A stretch of DNA of 63,700 nt, filler included, from Welwitschia mirabilis (Eukaryota): assembly GCA_051453625.1 (NCBI GenBank). It is 5 parts of one record of this genome, joined end to end, with 100 filler letters (N's around TTAATTAATTAA, not from the genome) between each part and the next. Parts side by side here need not be neighbours in the genome. Positions count along the whole stretch, not along the records: positions 23,671 to 51,384 come from JBOZIK010000001.1; positions 51,485 to 55,329 come from JBOZIK010000001.1; positions 55,430 to 61,294 come from JBOZIK010000001.1; 2 more parts are not named here. The stretch is one strand, 5' to 3'. The translations under genes were made by a program, and so were the position numbers. Within the stretch, counting starts at the first letter, position 1. Every line of letters starts with the position of its first letter. Shown here piece after piece: positions 49,801 to 61,394 of this stretch. Under the pieces are notes generated by a model. It saw only the letters and a list, made by a program, of their open reading frames with translations, ran no database searches and was not told the origin of the DNA.

Positions 49801-52800
49801 NNNNNNNNNNNNNNNNNNNNNNNNNNNNNNNNNNNNNNNNNNNNNNNNNNNNNNNNNNNNNNNNNNNNNNNNNNNNNNNNNNNNNNNNNNNNNNNNNNNN
49901 NNNNNNNNNNNNNNNNNNNNNNNNNNNNNNNNNNNNNNNNNNNNNNNNNNNNNNNNNNNNNNNNNNNNNNNNNNNNNNNNNNNNNNNNNNNNNNNNNNNN
50001 NNNNNNNNNNNNNNNNNNNNNNNNNNNNNNNNNNNNNNNNNNNNNNNNNNNNNNNNNNNNNNNNNNNNNNNNNNNNNNNNNNNNNNNNNNNNNNNNNNNN
50101 NNNNNNNNNNNNNNNNNNNNNNNNNNNNNNNNNNNNNNNNNNNNNNNNNNNNNNNNNNNNNNNNNNNNNNNNNNNNNNNNGATAAAGGTCATAAAGTGTC
50201 TTTAAATAAAAATAAATGTATTATGAAACACGGTAAAACAGATCAACTATTATTTATAGCAAATAGACATGAAAATGTGTATTGTATTAATCAATCAAAT
50301 AACTCTACATGTCTATCTTCTCATACTGAAGAAGACGTTATCAGGCATCAGTGTTTAGGTCACATCAATTTTGGTTCATTAAAAAAATTATGTTGTGATG
50401 AGTTAGTTGGGAATCTTTCTAAAATTTCTTTCTCTCACAAAGGGCTATGTGATGCATGTCAAAATAAAAAACAAAATAGAATGTCTCATAAAAAGGTTAG
50501 CAATACCACAACTAGTAAACCTTTAGATTTAATTCATATGGATTTAATTGGGCCTATTCAAACTACTAGTCTATTTGGANNNNNNNNNNNNNNNNNNNNN
50601 NNNNNNNNNNNNNNNNNNNNNNNNNNNNNNNNNNNNNNNNNNNNNNNNNNNNNNNNNNNNNNNNNNNNNNNNNNNNNNNTTCTAAAATTTCTTTCTCTCA
50701 CAAAGGGCTATGTGATGCATGTCAAAAGAAAAAAACAAAATAGAATTTCTCATAAAAAGATTAGCAATATCACAACTAGTAAATCTTTAGATTTAATTCA
50801 TATGGATTTAGTTAGGCCTATTCAAACTGCTAGTCTATTTGGAAAAAGATATTTTCTATTTATGGTTAAAGATTTTTCTAGATTTTTATGGGTAGCTTTT
50901 CTTCATGTAAAATCTGATGCTTATGAAAATTTCATTAAAATATGCAAGAATCTTCAAACTGAAAAGGGATATGTAATAAAGAAAATCCAAAGCGATCATG
51001 GTAGAGAGTTTGAGAATGAAANNNNNNNNNNNNNNNNNNNNNNNNNNNNNNNNNNNNNNNNNNNNNNNNNNNNNNNNNNNNNNNNNNNNNNNNNNNNNNN
51101 NNNNNNNNNNNNNNNNNNNNNNNNNNNNATGATAAGAGTAATGCTAAATAATAAGAATATTCCAAAATGGTTTTGATCTGAAGTAGTGAACACAGTTTGT
51201 CATATATTAAATAGAGTGTATTTAAGGCTTAGAACTGCTAAAACCCCTTATAAACTCTAAAAAGGAAAGAAGCCAAATATATCTTACTTTAAAACCTTTA
51301 AAAGTAAGTGCTTCATTTTGAGGGATAGAGAAGAATTAGTAAAATTTGATTCTAAATTAGATGAAGGATTCTTTTTAGGGTACTNNNNNNNNNNNNNNNN
51401 NNNNNNNNNNNNNNNNNNNNNNNNNNNNTTAATTAATTAANNNNNNNNNNNNNNNNNNNNNNNNNNNNNNNNNNNNNNNNNNNNTGTAGTTTCAATCAAG
51501 AACCCAAAGCTTAGTATGAGAGAATCTCAGGATATCTAATAGAAAATGAATTTAAACGAGGTACATCTGATGTCACTTTTCTTATTAGAATAGATAGTAA
51601 AGATTCTACTATTGTATAAATCTATGTAAATGATATCATTTTTTATGCTACTAATGAATCATTATGCAAGAAGTTTGCTAAGATTATGCAAGATGAATTG
51701 GAGATGAGTCTCATGGAAGAAATGAACAACTTTTTGGGGCTTCAATTTGTGAAATACAAATAAGGTACATTTGTTTTACAATCTAAATATATTAAGAATT
51801 TATTACCAAAAAATGGCTTATAGGATNNNNNNNNNNNNNNNNNNNNNNNNNNNNNNNNNNNNNNNNTGAACATGGACTCGTACCTTTATCTAGTTGGGTC
51901 TTGTAACTTAGACTATGCAAGTTACAAAGATGCTAGGAGTTACACTAGTAGAAATTGCTTCTTTTTTGCGTAATGATTTATGTCTTAGAGCGATAAAAAG
52001 CAAAATTAAACCACTCTTTCAACTGTCAAAGAAAATTGAATCCTTTCTAGAAGTAACTAGCATTAAATAATTTGGATGAAACAAACCTTAAAGGACTTTG
52101 GACTAACTATGGAGAACATTCCTATTTACTGCAACAACAAAAGTATCATCCACATCTTAAAGAATCTTATTTAGCATTCAAGAACTGAACATATGGAGAT
52201 CAAACATCACTTTCCTAGAGAGCATGTACAAAACAAATACATCATGTTGGAATATGTTAATACTAATGATCAACTCACTGATTTTTTCACCAAATCATCA
52301 AGTGGAGAAAGATTCATCAAACTTTGTTGGAACTTGGGGATTAATCCTTGTCCAATTAGGTAAGTTAATAGATAACCTCTCTCAAATCTCAACTCAACAT
52401 CTTAATTATTGATAATTTGTAAGTTGATATATTATCTAGATCTTATACAAGTATAATCATGTGCATGTTATTTTATCTTTTCTAAAGCTATGTTAGTCCT
52501 ATATTGACATTAGTTGTAGAAGAACTCGAATTTTCTATTTTATAGGAAATATGTCTTTAAAGTTTTAGATGGCTAACTTGGATGTTTTTAAGTCTACAGG
52601 CATTTTTTAAGAATATCTCTTTAGTTATGTAGATATCTTTGGATGTAAAGTATTTTTCTATCATTTCTATTCATTTTCAAAGTAGACATCTTTATTTTTG
52701 TATATGTCCTTAATGTGCTCAATTGACTATCAAAAATTTTATCAGAAGACGTCTTTGAGTTTTGTAAATGTATACTTGTGTCATTTTAAATGTCTTTCAT

Positions 52801-54830
52801 GTAAAATATGTCTTTGATGTAGCACATTAAAAATTAAAAAATGCACCAAAAATGAGGATTTCAACACTTTTTAAGCAATAAAGGGATCACCAACCCTTAT
52901 TTTTAGTTCTCCACTTAGTGGATGTTCCCATCAAAGTGATTTAAAGCCTTCCTTTTCTTAGATCTCTTACATAGATGTCTTTAAGTTGAAAGAAGTCTAC
53001 ATAACCAGCAAATCAAGTACTATTTCTTTAACAAGTGCTCTTCTTTTTTTGTTTTTGTTCTTTCAAATATTCTATTAGAGTTTAGTTTTCCTAGTCTTTT
53101 ACTCTGAAAATAATAAAGAAAAGCCCTATAGTGCTTCAAAATAAAAGAAACCTACTATTGAAACATAGAAACCTCAATATTAATCACAATTTTATCATGA
53201 ATTAGTAGCAAAGTAGTTTAAAACTTAAGATATGAACTCTATTATTGTAGAAAGGACCCTTTGTTTCAAAAAACATGAGAAAGATTAGCTCCTTTCTTAC
53301 TTCTCTTCTCTTTGTTGGGATATGACAGTTCAACTAAAATAGAGCATTTCAGATCTAGTTGTTCATGAGTTCTATGCTAAATCCATGAAATAAAAAACAC
53401 CACTATCATATTTCAGACATAAGTAAGAGATATCTCTCTCTTTATTATGCTCATTTTTGTTAATTCTCTACTTGGAATAGATGACTTCGAGCTTCCTTAG
53501 TTGTATATGCATTTTTTCAAGGATATCTTCACATGTCATTTAGTTAAGATTTTCCAATGTTTATTAAGCAATGTTATTTTTCAACAGTAAAGACGAATTT
53601 TCGTGAGAATGTGAAATGAAAATACATATATCTAAAGCATTAATTTTGTGTTTAATTACATTTATAATATTCTACTTTATAGAGGTAGATACAGTTATTG
53701 TAATCCCATGTAGATAGTTGTAGTATATTGACTTCTTATAGGAGTTAAAATTAATCTTAGCTTCATATTGTGCATATACATTATTACCCTCTTTTGTAAG
53801 AGTCAGAATTTGGATTATCCTTATTTGATTAGCCTAATAACTAGTAATGCCATTATATCAATTTCACATGTTAATCTTATTTGGCCTGAAACACTACTTT
53901 CAGAGTTCAATAAAAAGCCATGTGCTTTAATACAATGAGAGGAAGGCATAAGCAAAAGGTCTTCCAAGGAATAATTTCAAAGATCTCATTCCACAATTGT
54001 CCATAGTTCCTCATCAGTGAAGAAGGGTCTCAAGATGATTAAAAATGATGGGTAAGATTAGCAAAAAGCTTTTAAAATTAAATAAGCACAGATATATAAC
54101 CAATAAGAGGGAGGTACCTACAGGTAGTTGGGAATCTATGGGGACTTCCACATGATCTAATTTAGAGTAGCAGTATGAGGCAAAGACATTATCCACACCT
54201 CCTAGTATAAGTTATAATTTAGATGGAGTAAAGGATTTAGGTACTTCATAATCCATAAAGGAGGATTCAAACTTTCATAGGAAGCATTAAGCTCCATTAA
54301 AAGATCTAGCACAGGCCCAAGAAGAGTAGCAAGGAAATTTAGAAAGCTTAGATGACAAGTTGTCTATCTTTTATAAGCCTTATCACAAGCTACCAATTTG
54401 TTATCCCAAACAACAACCTTTACCACCTCGTATACCTTTACTAATTTGTGTACCTTTACCACCTTGTCTTCCATCATTCATCATCTCTAACATTTCCCAT
54501 ACACATACTACCTCTTAGCACTACTCCACCCTCAGTATCTAGTTTTGCTAAGATCGCCATTGTCAGTCTCTTTGGCACATCCATTACCCTTATACATCCT
54601 CTCATATGAGTAGTTAATCCTCTTAGGATTATGGTAAGACATTGCAATGGTCATCATAAAAAAGCATATGCTTCCAACTACATTATCTTCCTCCTACATC
54701 AACAAGACCTTTACCACTAGAGACAATGATGATGATCTCGACAATACTAGGAATGGAAATTAGTCTACTATTGATTTGGCCCTAGTGACTAGTTTTTTGG
54801 TGTGTTATTCAAAATGGGGAGAAGATGGGT
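46839..54830 (+). mobile_element. Sirevirus-like Ty1/copia element (5' LTR, gag, pol, env-like ORF, PPT-like tract); 3' LTR not seen
   Basis: Start TATTGG...GTTTGATGAT and GGYGAC repeats at ~47250-47880. Zinc knuckle CYSCKGFGH (~49324). Integrase HQCLGHINF, LDLIHMDL and IQSDHGREFEN. RT fragment 51490-51826 and RNase H SRTEHMEIKHHF (~52180). Env-like DLVVHEFYA (~53352). PPT-like CAAAATGGGGAGAAG (~54810). Confidence 0.8.
50196..51384 (+). pseudogene. Copia GAG-pre-integrase and integrase remnant
   Basis: ORF track 50196-51176 shows the HHCC zinc finger and DDE core, followed by KFDSKLDEGFFLGY. Confidence 0.88.
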
Positions 54831-54967
54831 AAATCATATTAGATCATATTGAACATTCTATATAAGTCTAAAGGATGTGGATCTGAGATGGTTGGTTGAA
54901 CTTGCTATTAGTGACATCATTGTTGATGTTGACTTTCATGTGTTGGCATACATATCATGATAAATAT

Positions 54968-55329
54968 TAAGGTGTAAATTTATGCAATCTTTAAGTCCTT
55001 AGGCAAAACCTATAAATTACAATACTTGCAGAAAACACATACTAGTATATACGAGAGTTAACCCAAATGTTGTAATCTGTTAAAGACATTAGGCTAGAAG
55101 TTAGAGAATTGATTCCACAAAGTATTTTTAATCTTTTCTATTTTAGTAAATGAAAGTAAATAAGAATGTAAATGTAATGCAAGATGAATGATGATGAAAA
55201 TGTAATGAATGGAATGCAAGTGAGATGGATTCTATTTTACACTCTAATCCTCCTATCACAAGAACTATTTCTTTATAACTTAGATCAACTAGGAAGAGTT
55301 CTGTGACTTGTTTCTAGTCAACATAAACT
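54968..55329 (-). mobile_element. Athila-family LTR terminus fragment
   Basis: TAAGGTGTAAATTTATGCAATCTTTAAGTCCTT aligns with the start of 1588; 55260-55328 matches ~2092-2165. Confidence 0.65.
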
Positions 55330-57367
55330 NNNNNNNNNNNNNNNNNNNNNNNNNNNNNNNNNNNNNNNNNNNNTTAATTAATTAANNNNNNNNNNNNNNN
55401 NNNNNNNNNNNNNNNNNNNNNNNNNNNNNGTGCAACTACTATCAAAGGAGTAATAACCCATATAGCATGGCCAACGAATCCCCTAGTGGAGTTTCCACAG
55501 CTATTATATCACACTGTTTAAGGCCCCTCTTGGGAATATTTGCCCCAGTGTACTTATAGTAGGACATCATGAGGGCTATGTTATAATATAGAACATGAAA
55601 AAGCATGACCTTTATTATATATATTTTTTTGTCTTTTCTTTTATTTGCTTGTCTTTGTTTTTTTTTTTTTTTGATACATAAATTGCACATGACCAAATAC
55701 TCATAAGGATAAAAGTGAAGTGAGGAGATAAATAATAAGGAAGAACATGCTAAAATAATTGATTACTCATACTATTAAAAAAAATAAAAGAATCAATACA
55801 TCTTCCTTCAAAATGAAGTTCATAAACATATGAATGTCTGAAAATTGGATGAAGTCAATCTTATCATTGAAAATTCCCAAGTAAAATATTTACTAATTAT
55901 GTTAACTTCATAAAGTAAAACATTAGTTAAGTTAAGATATTCAAGTGATAGCATAACATTTACTAAGGAAATCAGCTTAAAAAAAATTTAGATACTGGCA
56001 GGGAAAAAATTCCAACACAAGTGCTTCTATTATGTTCAAGGTTAATAAATAGATATTTCAATGATTCTTTAATCTTTTATCCATTAACTTCTGAATTTTC
56101 TAAGTGTTTAGATTGGAAGGTTCAACATAGCCATTTAAAATGTACTTTTTCTGAAAGATAAAATCGTAATCATTGAGAAGTTTAACTAGTTGTGTAAAAA
56201 GTACACTCAGATATGATATTTTTTAGAAAAATAAGGGCCAAACCAAATAGAAATCAATTGATAAAACATAAAAGGTATGCAATCATTTCAGAGTAAAATC
56301 AATTGGAGATAGATAAAGTAAAATGATAAACTGTTGTCCTGTCTATCATCTAGATGACAGAAGAGACGATGCACATAAAAAATAGAAAAATAGGAATAGA
56401 ACTAAAACTAAAATAGAAAGTAGAAAAATACAAAGAAGCATCTATCATCCACTTGGTCATCTTGATATCACAGGATATGAGAGAACCAATTATTATAGAG
56501 AAAATATGAAAACCGAAAAAAAACAACTAAAAACAAAAATAACACATNNNNNNNNNNNNNNNNNNNNNNNNNNNNNNNNNNNNNNNNNNNNNNNNNNNNN
56601 NNNNNNNNNNNNNNNNNNNNNNNNNNNNNNNNNNNNNNNNNNNNNNNNNNNNNNNNNNNNNNNNNNNNNNNNNNNNNNNNNNNNNNNNNNNNNNNNNNNN
56701 NNNNNNNNNNNNNNNNNNNNNNNNNNNNNNNNNNNNNNNNNNNNNNNNNNNNNNNNNNNNNNNNNNNNNNNNNNNNNNNNNNNNNNNNNNNNNNNNNNNN
56801 NNNNNNNNNNNNNNNNNNNNNNNNNNNNNNNNNNNNNNNNNNNNNNNNNNNNNNNNNNNNNNNNNNNNNNNNNNNNNNNNNNNNNNNNNNNNNNNNNNNN
56901 NNNNNNNNNNNNNNNNNNNNNNNNNNNNNNNNNNNNNNNNNNNNNNNNNNNNNNNNNNNNNNNNNNNNNNNNNNNNNNNNNNNNNNNNNNNNNNNNNNNN
57001 NNNNNNNNNNNNNNNNNNNNNNNNNNNNNNNNNNNNNNNNNNNNNNNNNNNNNNNNNNNNNNNNNNNNNNNNNNNNNNNNNNNNNNNNNNNNNNNNNNNN
57101 NNNNNNNNNNNNNNNNNNNNNNNNNNNNNNNNNNNNNNNNNNNNNNNNNNNNNNNNNNNNNNNNNNNNNNNNNNNNNNNNNNNNNNNNNNNNNNNNNNNN
57201 NNNNNNNNNNNNNNNNNNNNNNNNNNNNNNNNNNNNNNNNNNNNNNNNNNNNNNNNNNNNNNNNNNNNNNNNNNNNNNNNNNNNNNNNNNNNNNNNNNNN
57301 NNNNNNNNNNNNNNNNNNNNNNNNNNNNNNNNNNNNNNNNNNNNNNNNNNNNNNNNNNNNNNNNNNN

Positions 57368-57744
57368 ACTCAGAAATAGACAAAACGACTGAGAGAATCT
57401 ATCAATGATAGTTACATACCAGTGTCATCCGAGCTATTATCTAGTGGGGGGCTTATTTATAGTAAAATACATTAAAAAATAATAGATAGAAGGTGCAGTT
57501 ACATGCACTCATTAAGGACTCAGAAATAGACAAAACGACTGAGAGAATCTATCAATGATAGTTACATACCAGTGTCATCCGAGCTATTATCTAGTGGGGG
57601 GCTTATTTATAGTAAAATACATTAAAAAATAATAGATAGAAGGTGCAGTTACATGCACTCATTAAGGACTCAGAAATAGACAAAACGACTGAGAGAATCT
57701 ATCAATGATAGTTACATACCAGTGTCATCCGAGCTATTATCTAG
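57368..57744. repeat. Perfect 150-bp tandem repeat, ~2.5 copies
   Basis: ACTCAGAAATAGACAAAACG starts at 57368, 57518 and 57668, and the copies are identical by eye. Confidence 0.93.
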
Positions 57745-58079
57745 ATAACATGGAGAATGATAGACCATTATAAAATATCTCGAAAGTGATGACTCAGCAG
57801 TCCACGTAAGTAGTCATCATTCTACCTATAATATGGATGACAGAGAGGAGAACGATCTTTTTTAATGATTTTCTTGAGGAGAAACTTAGCTATTTTTCCA
57901 TAAAAATCTTTATTCATTATAAAATGCCTTTAATGCATCAAATTTGAATAATAACTATACTTTTTTAAGATTTCCTCTTATATATCCAAAAATCCACAGA
58001 ATTACACTTAAGCCTATATAAAAGTTCTACAAAACAACTCATAAAACCCATCAAATAATTGTAAATTGGTAGTGCAACA
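57745..58079 (-). mobile_element. Athila-family LTR 5' terminal portion
   Basis: Ends ...CTACAAAACAACTCATAAAACCCATCAAAT...GTGCAACA, matching 3015-3068. Confidence 0.65.
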
Positions 58080-58313
58080 GGCTTACTCTTGTAATATCTT
58101 TATGAGTCTAAGCAAACGCACTAGTTTTTTTAGATTTCTTTTTAATTTTTCTTTTTGGAAATGAGTTAAATTCCTAATTATAATTAAAGTTTTATTTTTC
58201 TAAATTTTAATGTATTTCAAACTTTCTTCAAGAGTAGGTTTCTCAAGATACTCTTCCTTTTTTGTCAGTTTAATGATTAAGGTGTAATACCTTCTTTTGA
58301 TCTCTTATTCCAT

Positions 58314-61294
58314 CATTGTGATGTTAAATTATATATTTTTAGTGAAGTATTTTGAGTAGTTTTATAGAACATTTAGATACATTTTAAGAACAAAACGATG
58401 ATTATTGAGATTCAAATAGAAAATCATAGAAATGTATAAATACTAGCAGTTTTGAAGGCATTTCAGATTATTTTTAATACTTCATATTTTGAGGAGGAAT
58501 TAATGATATTTAAGGCCAATTTAGTTTGATAAAGAATTTTAAGAAGGATATTGTCCCATCCATCATCTAGATGATATACAAGAATGACACCACTTACATG
58601 CTAACTAGAATGCTGAGTAGGCTAACATGAAGGATAAATATAGAATACTATTGATGTGGCATTATTCAGATGACTACTAGGATGACCATCTAATTTTAGT
58701 CAATGTACTAACTTCATCAAACTTCTACAATATGTCATGTGCCTTCTTGTATGTCATTAGGATTTCTCATGCATCTATTTAGATCTGATGTTATTAGAGT
58801 ATGTTGTTGTCAATAAATATCACTTTGGCCTTAACTCCAATCATCTTTATTTGTATTAGAAATTCTTGTGATAGGAGATCAAAGGATCAAAGTTCCATTT
58901 GATAGTTAATAAGAGGGATATTCNNNNNNNNNNTAATGTTAAGTTGTGTCTCCTTTATTAAGGTTCTACTGCTTTATAATAAAATGTTGATTTAACTTTT
59001 AATAAAAATCTTATTTTAGTTTTATTCATATTTATGTGCATCTCCATTACGATTTATGTTGCTTTTAATTCTATGACAACTTCATTTATAATATATATTA
59101 TGGAGGAAACCTTTGTTAAGGTTGAAATCATTAGTTAAAAATCTTACATTACATTTATATTTCATGGATTAAATCATTATATGTTTTCATATTCTATCTA
59201 ATGCACTTAATCACTTAGGTTAATTTTGGTTAGTGATAGTTTTTTTAATTTAACTAGGTTATGCAAGGCTAATCGTAGTGATAGAGATTTGGTGGTTGGA
59301 TAGATATTACATTTAGAATAGTTTACATTTGTACTTGATTATGTATTTACTTTTATTGCATTTTTTATTTTCATTTTTGAATCTTTACTTCACAAAATGT
59401 AAATCTATAGCTTTAAGCCTAGTGCATTTAATGAATTATAACATTTGGTTTACTTCCTTTTATATTAGTATTTTAGGTTTATACATAGATTTGTGATTAA
59501 TAAGATTTAATAAAGAATGTAATGTTTGCATAAATATGCACCACAAATCTTAGTATCATTATTAAGGAAGGCTACAAAGAGTGAGGATTCATTACTCAGA
59601 TAAGTGCATTGGATTTTGATTTAGGTATTTGTTTATATTGTAGTTTTTTTCATTTTTTTCACATTTTTTATTTTCTTTTTTTGATCCACATTTTTGGATC
59701 CTATTGTCCTATCTATCATTCAAACAACATAACTAGACGATGGCCTAAGATTAGGAGTTTTTATTATTTTTTTCTACAAGTTTGTTTTTGATTTTTCATT
59801 ATGTAAATCTACTTTGTTGTCTAAATAGCATAGGATGATGACTAATAGTAGCTTTCTGTTCTAGTTTTTAGTAAGAATAATGATAAAAGACTACTATGAG
59901 AAATATTGGTTGAAATAAGACTTGAAGAAAGAAGGAGAAAACATAGAAATTCTAAGAATAATGGACATAAACACTTAGAAAATTATTTCAAGAACAATTC
60001 TAAGGATCTTAAAATGATGTTAAGACTGAGACCACTACATCTTTTCAAACTTCTTATTTATTCCCTCCTTTTTTTCAAATTTTAAATAAAAATGACAATA
60101 ACGACTTGTAATATTTTAGGGATTCCACCTCATCTAATGAAAGATCCTATAATTATTTTAGTGAATCCCAACCATATTTTATGCATTATTATGAAGAACA
60201 ACCATCTTTTATAAGCTATTATCAAGAACAATCATCTTCCATGGATTATTATGAAGAATAATCATTTTTCATTCATTATCATGAAGAAGAAAATCCATCT
60301 ACCATAAGTTACTATGAAGAAAGTAATAACTCAGTAACAAAAATGCTTAAGGAAATGAAAATGAAAAAAGAAAATAATAATAAAAACTTAGAAAATTTGA
60401 TTAAAATATTTTAATAAAATTTATTACACATTCAACAATCGCAAGATTCTTTTACATAACAAACCTATCCTACTACATCCTACTTTGAGAAACATGAGAA
60501 GAACTTTAAAATAATAACTAATAACAATTCTTGCTTCAACAAAAACAATGAAAGTATGTACAAACCTACAACATCAAACTTATTAGGAGATGGATAACAA
60601 AAGAAAAGTAATAATTATTTAATTTCATTATTTGATAATAAGGATGATAATGATTATTTCTCAAATGACAAATTAGGTTTTAACCCCATTCAATTTCTAT
60701 TAGAAAATAAAGATGAAACAAAAGGATTAACTCTTGAAAAACCTAAAAATTATTTAATCCATGATAAATATAATGATTACATTTCTCCTTCTAAAAAATC
60801 TTATGAATTAAAAATTAATAACATGTAATAAGATGATGAGAATGATGAAGAAGAATATGCTAATGATATTGAAATATTAGATCATATTCCTATTTTTACT
60901 TACCTTGTAATGAAGATGAAACAGTTCAATCTTTAAAAGAAGTTTAACATATGAGATTAAATAAGAATTAAATAATAAAATAAAATCAATGGAGAATTTA
61001 CACTATGAGTGGAATCATCCACCCCTTTTGTTTAAGGCAATAGTCAATAATAGCAACTCAATAACTAAAAATAAGTATTATTGTTTAAAATTAATAAAAT
61101 TATTTAATAGATAGAAAGAAGCATCAACTCAAGAAATATTAGAAAATCTTCCATTTCATGATGAGAACTTTTTTCCTATAATATTTTTAATGATATTTTT
61201 AATAAATTTACTAACTTAGGAAATGAAAATAAACCTTAATAAAACAATAATAATATAAATAAAAAAGTATAATACTAAGTCAATATCAATAAAT
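58314..61294 (+). mobile_element. Athila-family element 5' part: LTR 58314-59545, decayed PBS 59551-59568, leader and decayed low-complexity ORF
   Basis: Start CATTGTGATGTTAAA matches the family terminus TGTTGCGATGCTAAT. The LTR ends GCATAAATATGCACCACA. PBS reads TAGTATCATTATTAAGGA, and the downstream leader resembles the reverse complement of 1512-1563. Confidence 0.62.
60184..60322 (+). repeat. ~30-33 bp tandem repeat, ~4.5 units (YYEEQPS-like peptide)
   Basis: TATTATGAAGAACAACCATC-like unit recurs at about 60187, 60217, 60247, 60277 and 60310. Confidence 0.75.
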
Positions 61295-61394
61295 NNNNNN
61301 NNNNNNNNNNNNNNNNNNNNNNNNNNNNNNNNNNNNNNTTAATTAATTAANNNNNNNNNNNNNNNNNNNNNNNNNNNNNNNNNNNNNNNNNNNN

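Noticed and set aside
50196-51176. 326-aa ORF as an intact integrase
   Set aside because: It spans two gaps and a duplicated overlap and is followed by stops.
55430-56547. Athila-like non-coding fragment and 84-aa ORF 55442-55696
   Set aside because: It is bounded by gaps, the ORF is low-complexity (from a poly-T run), and no diagnostic motif is present.
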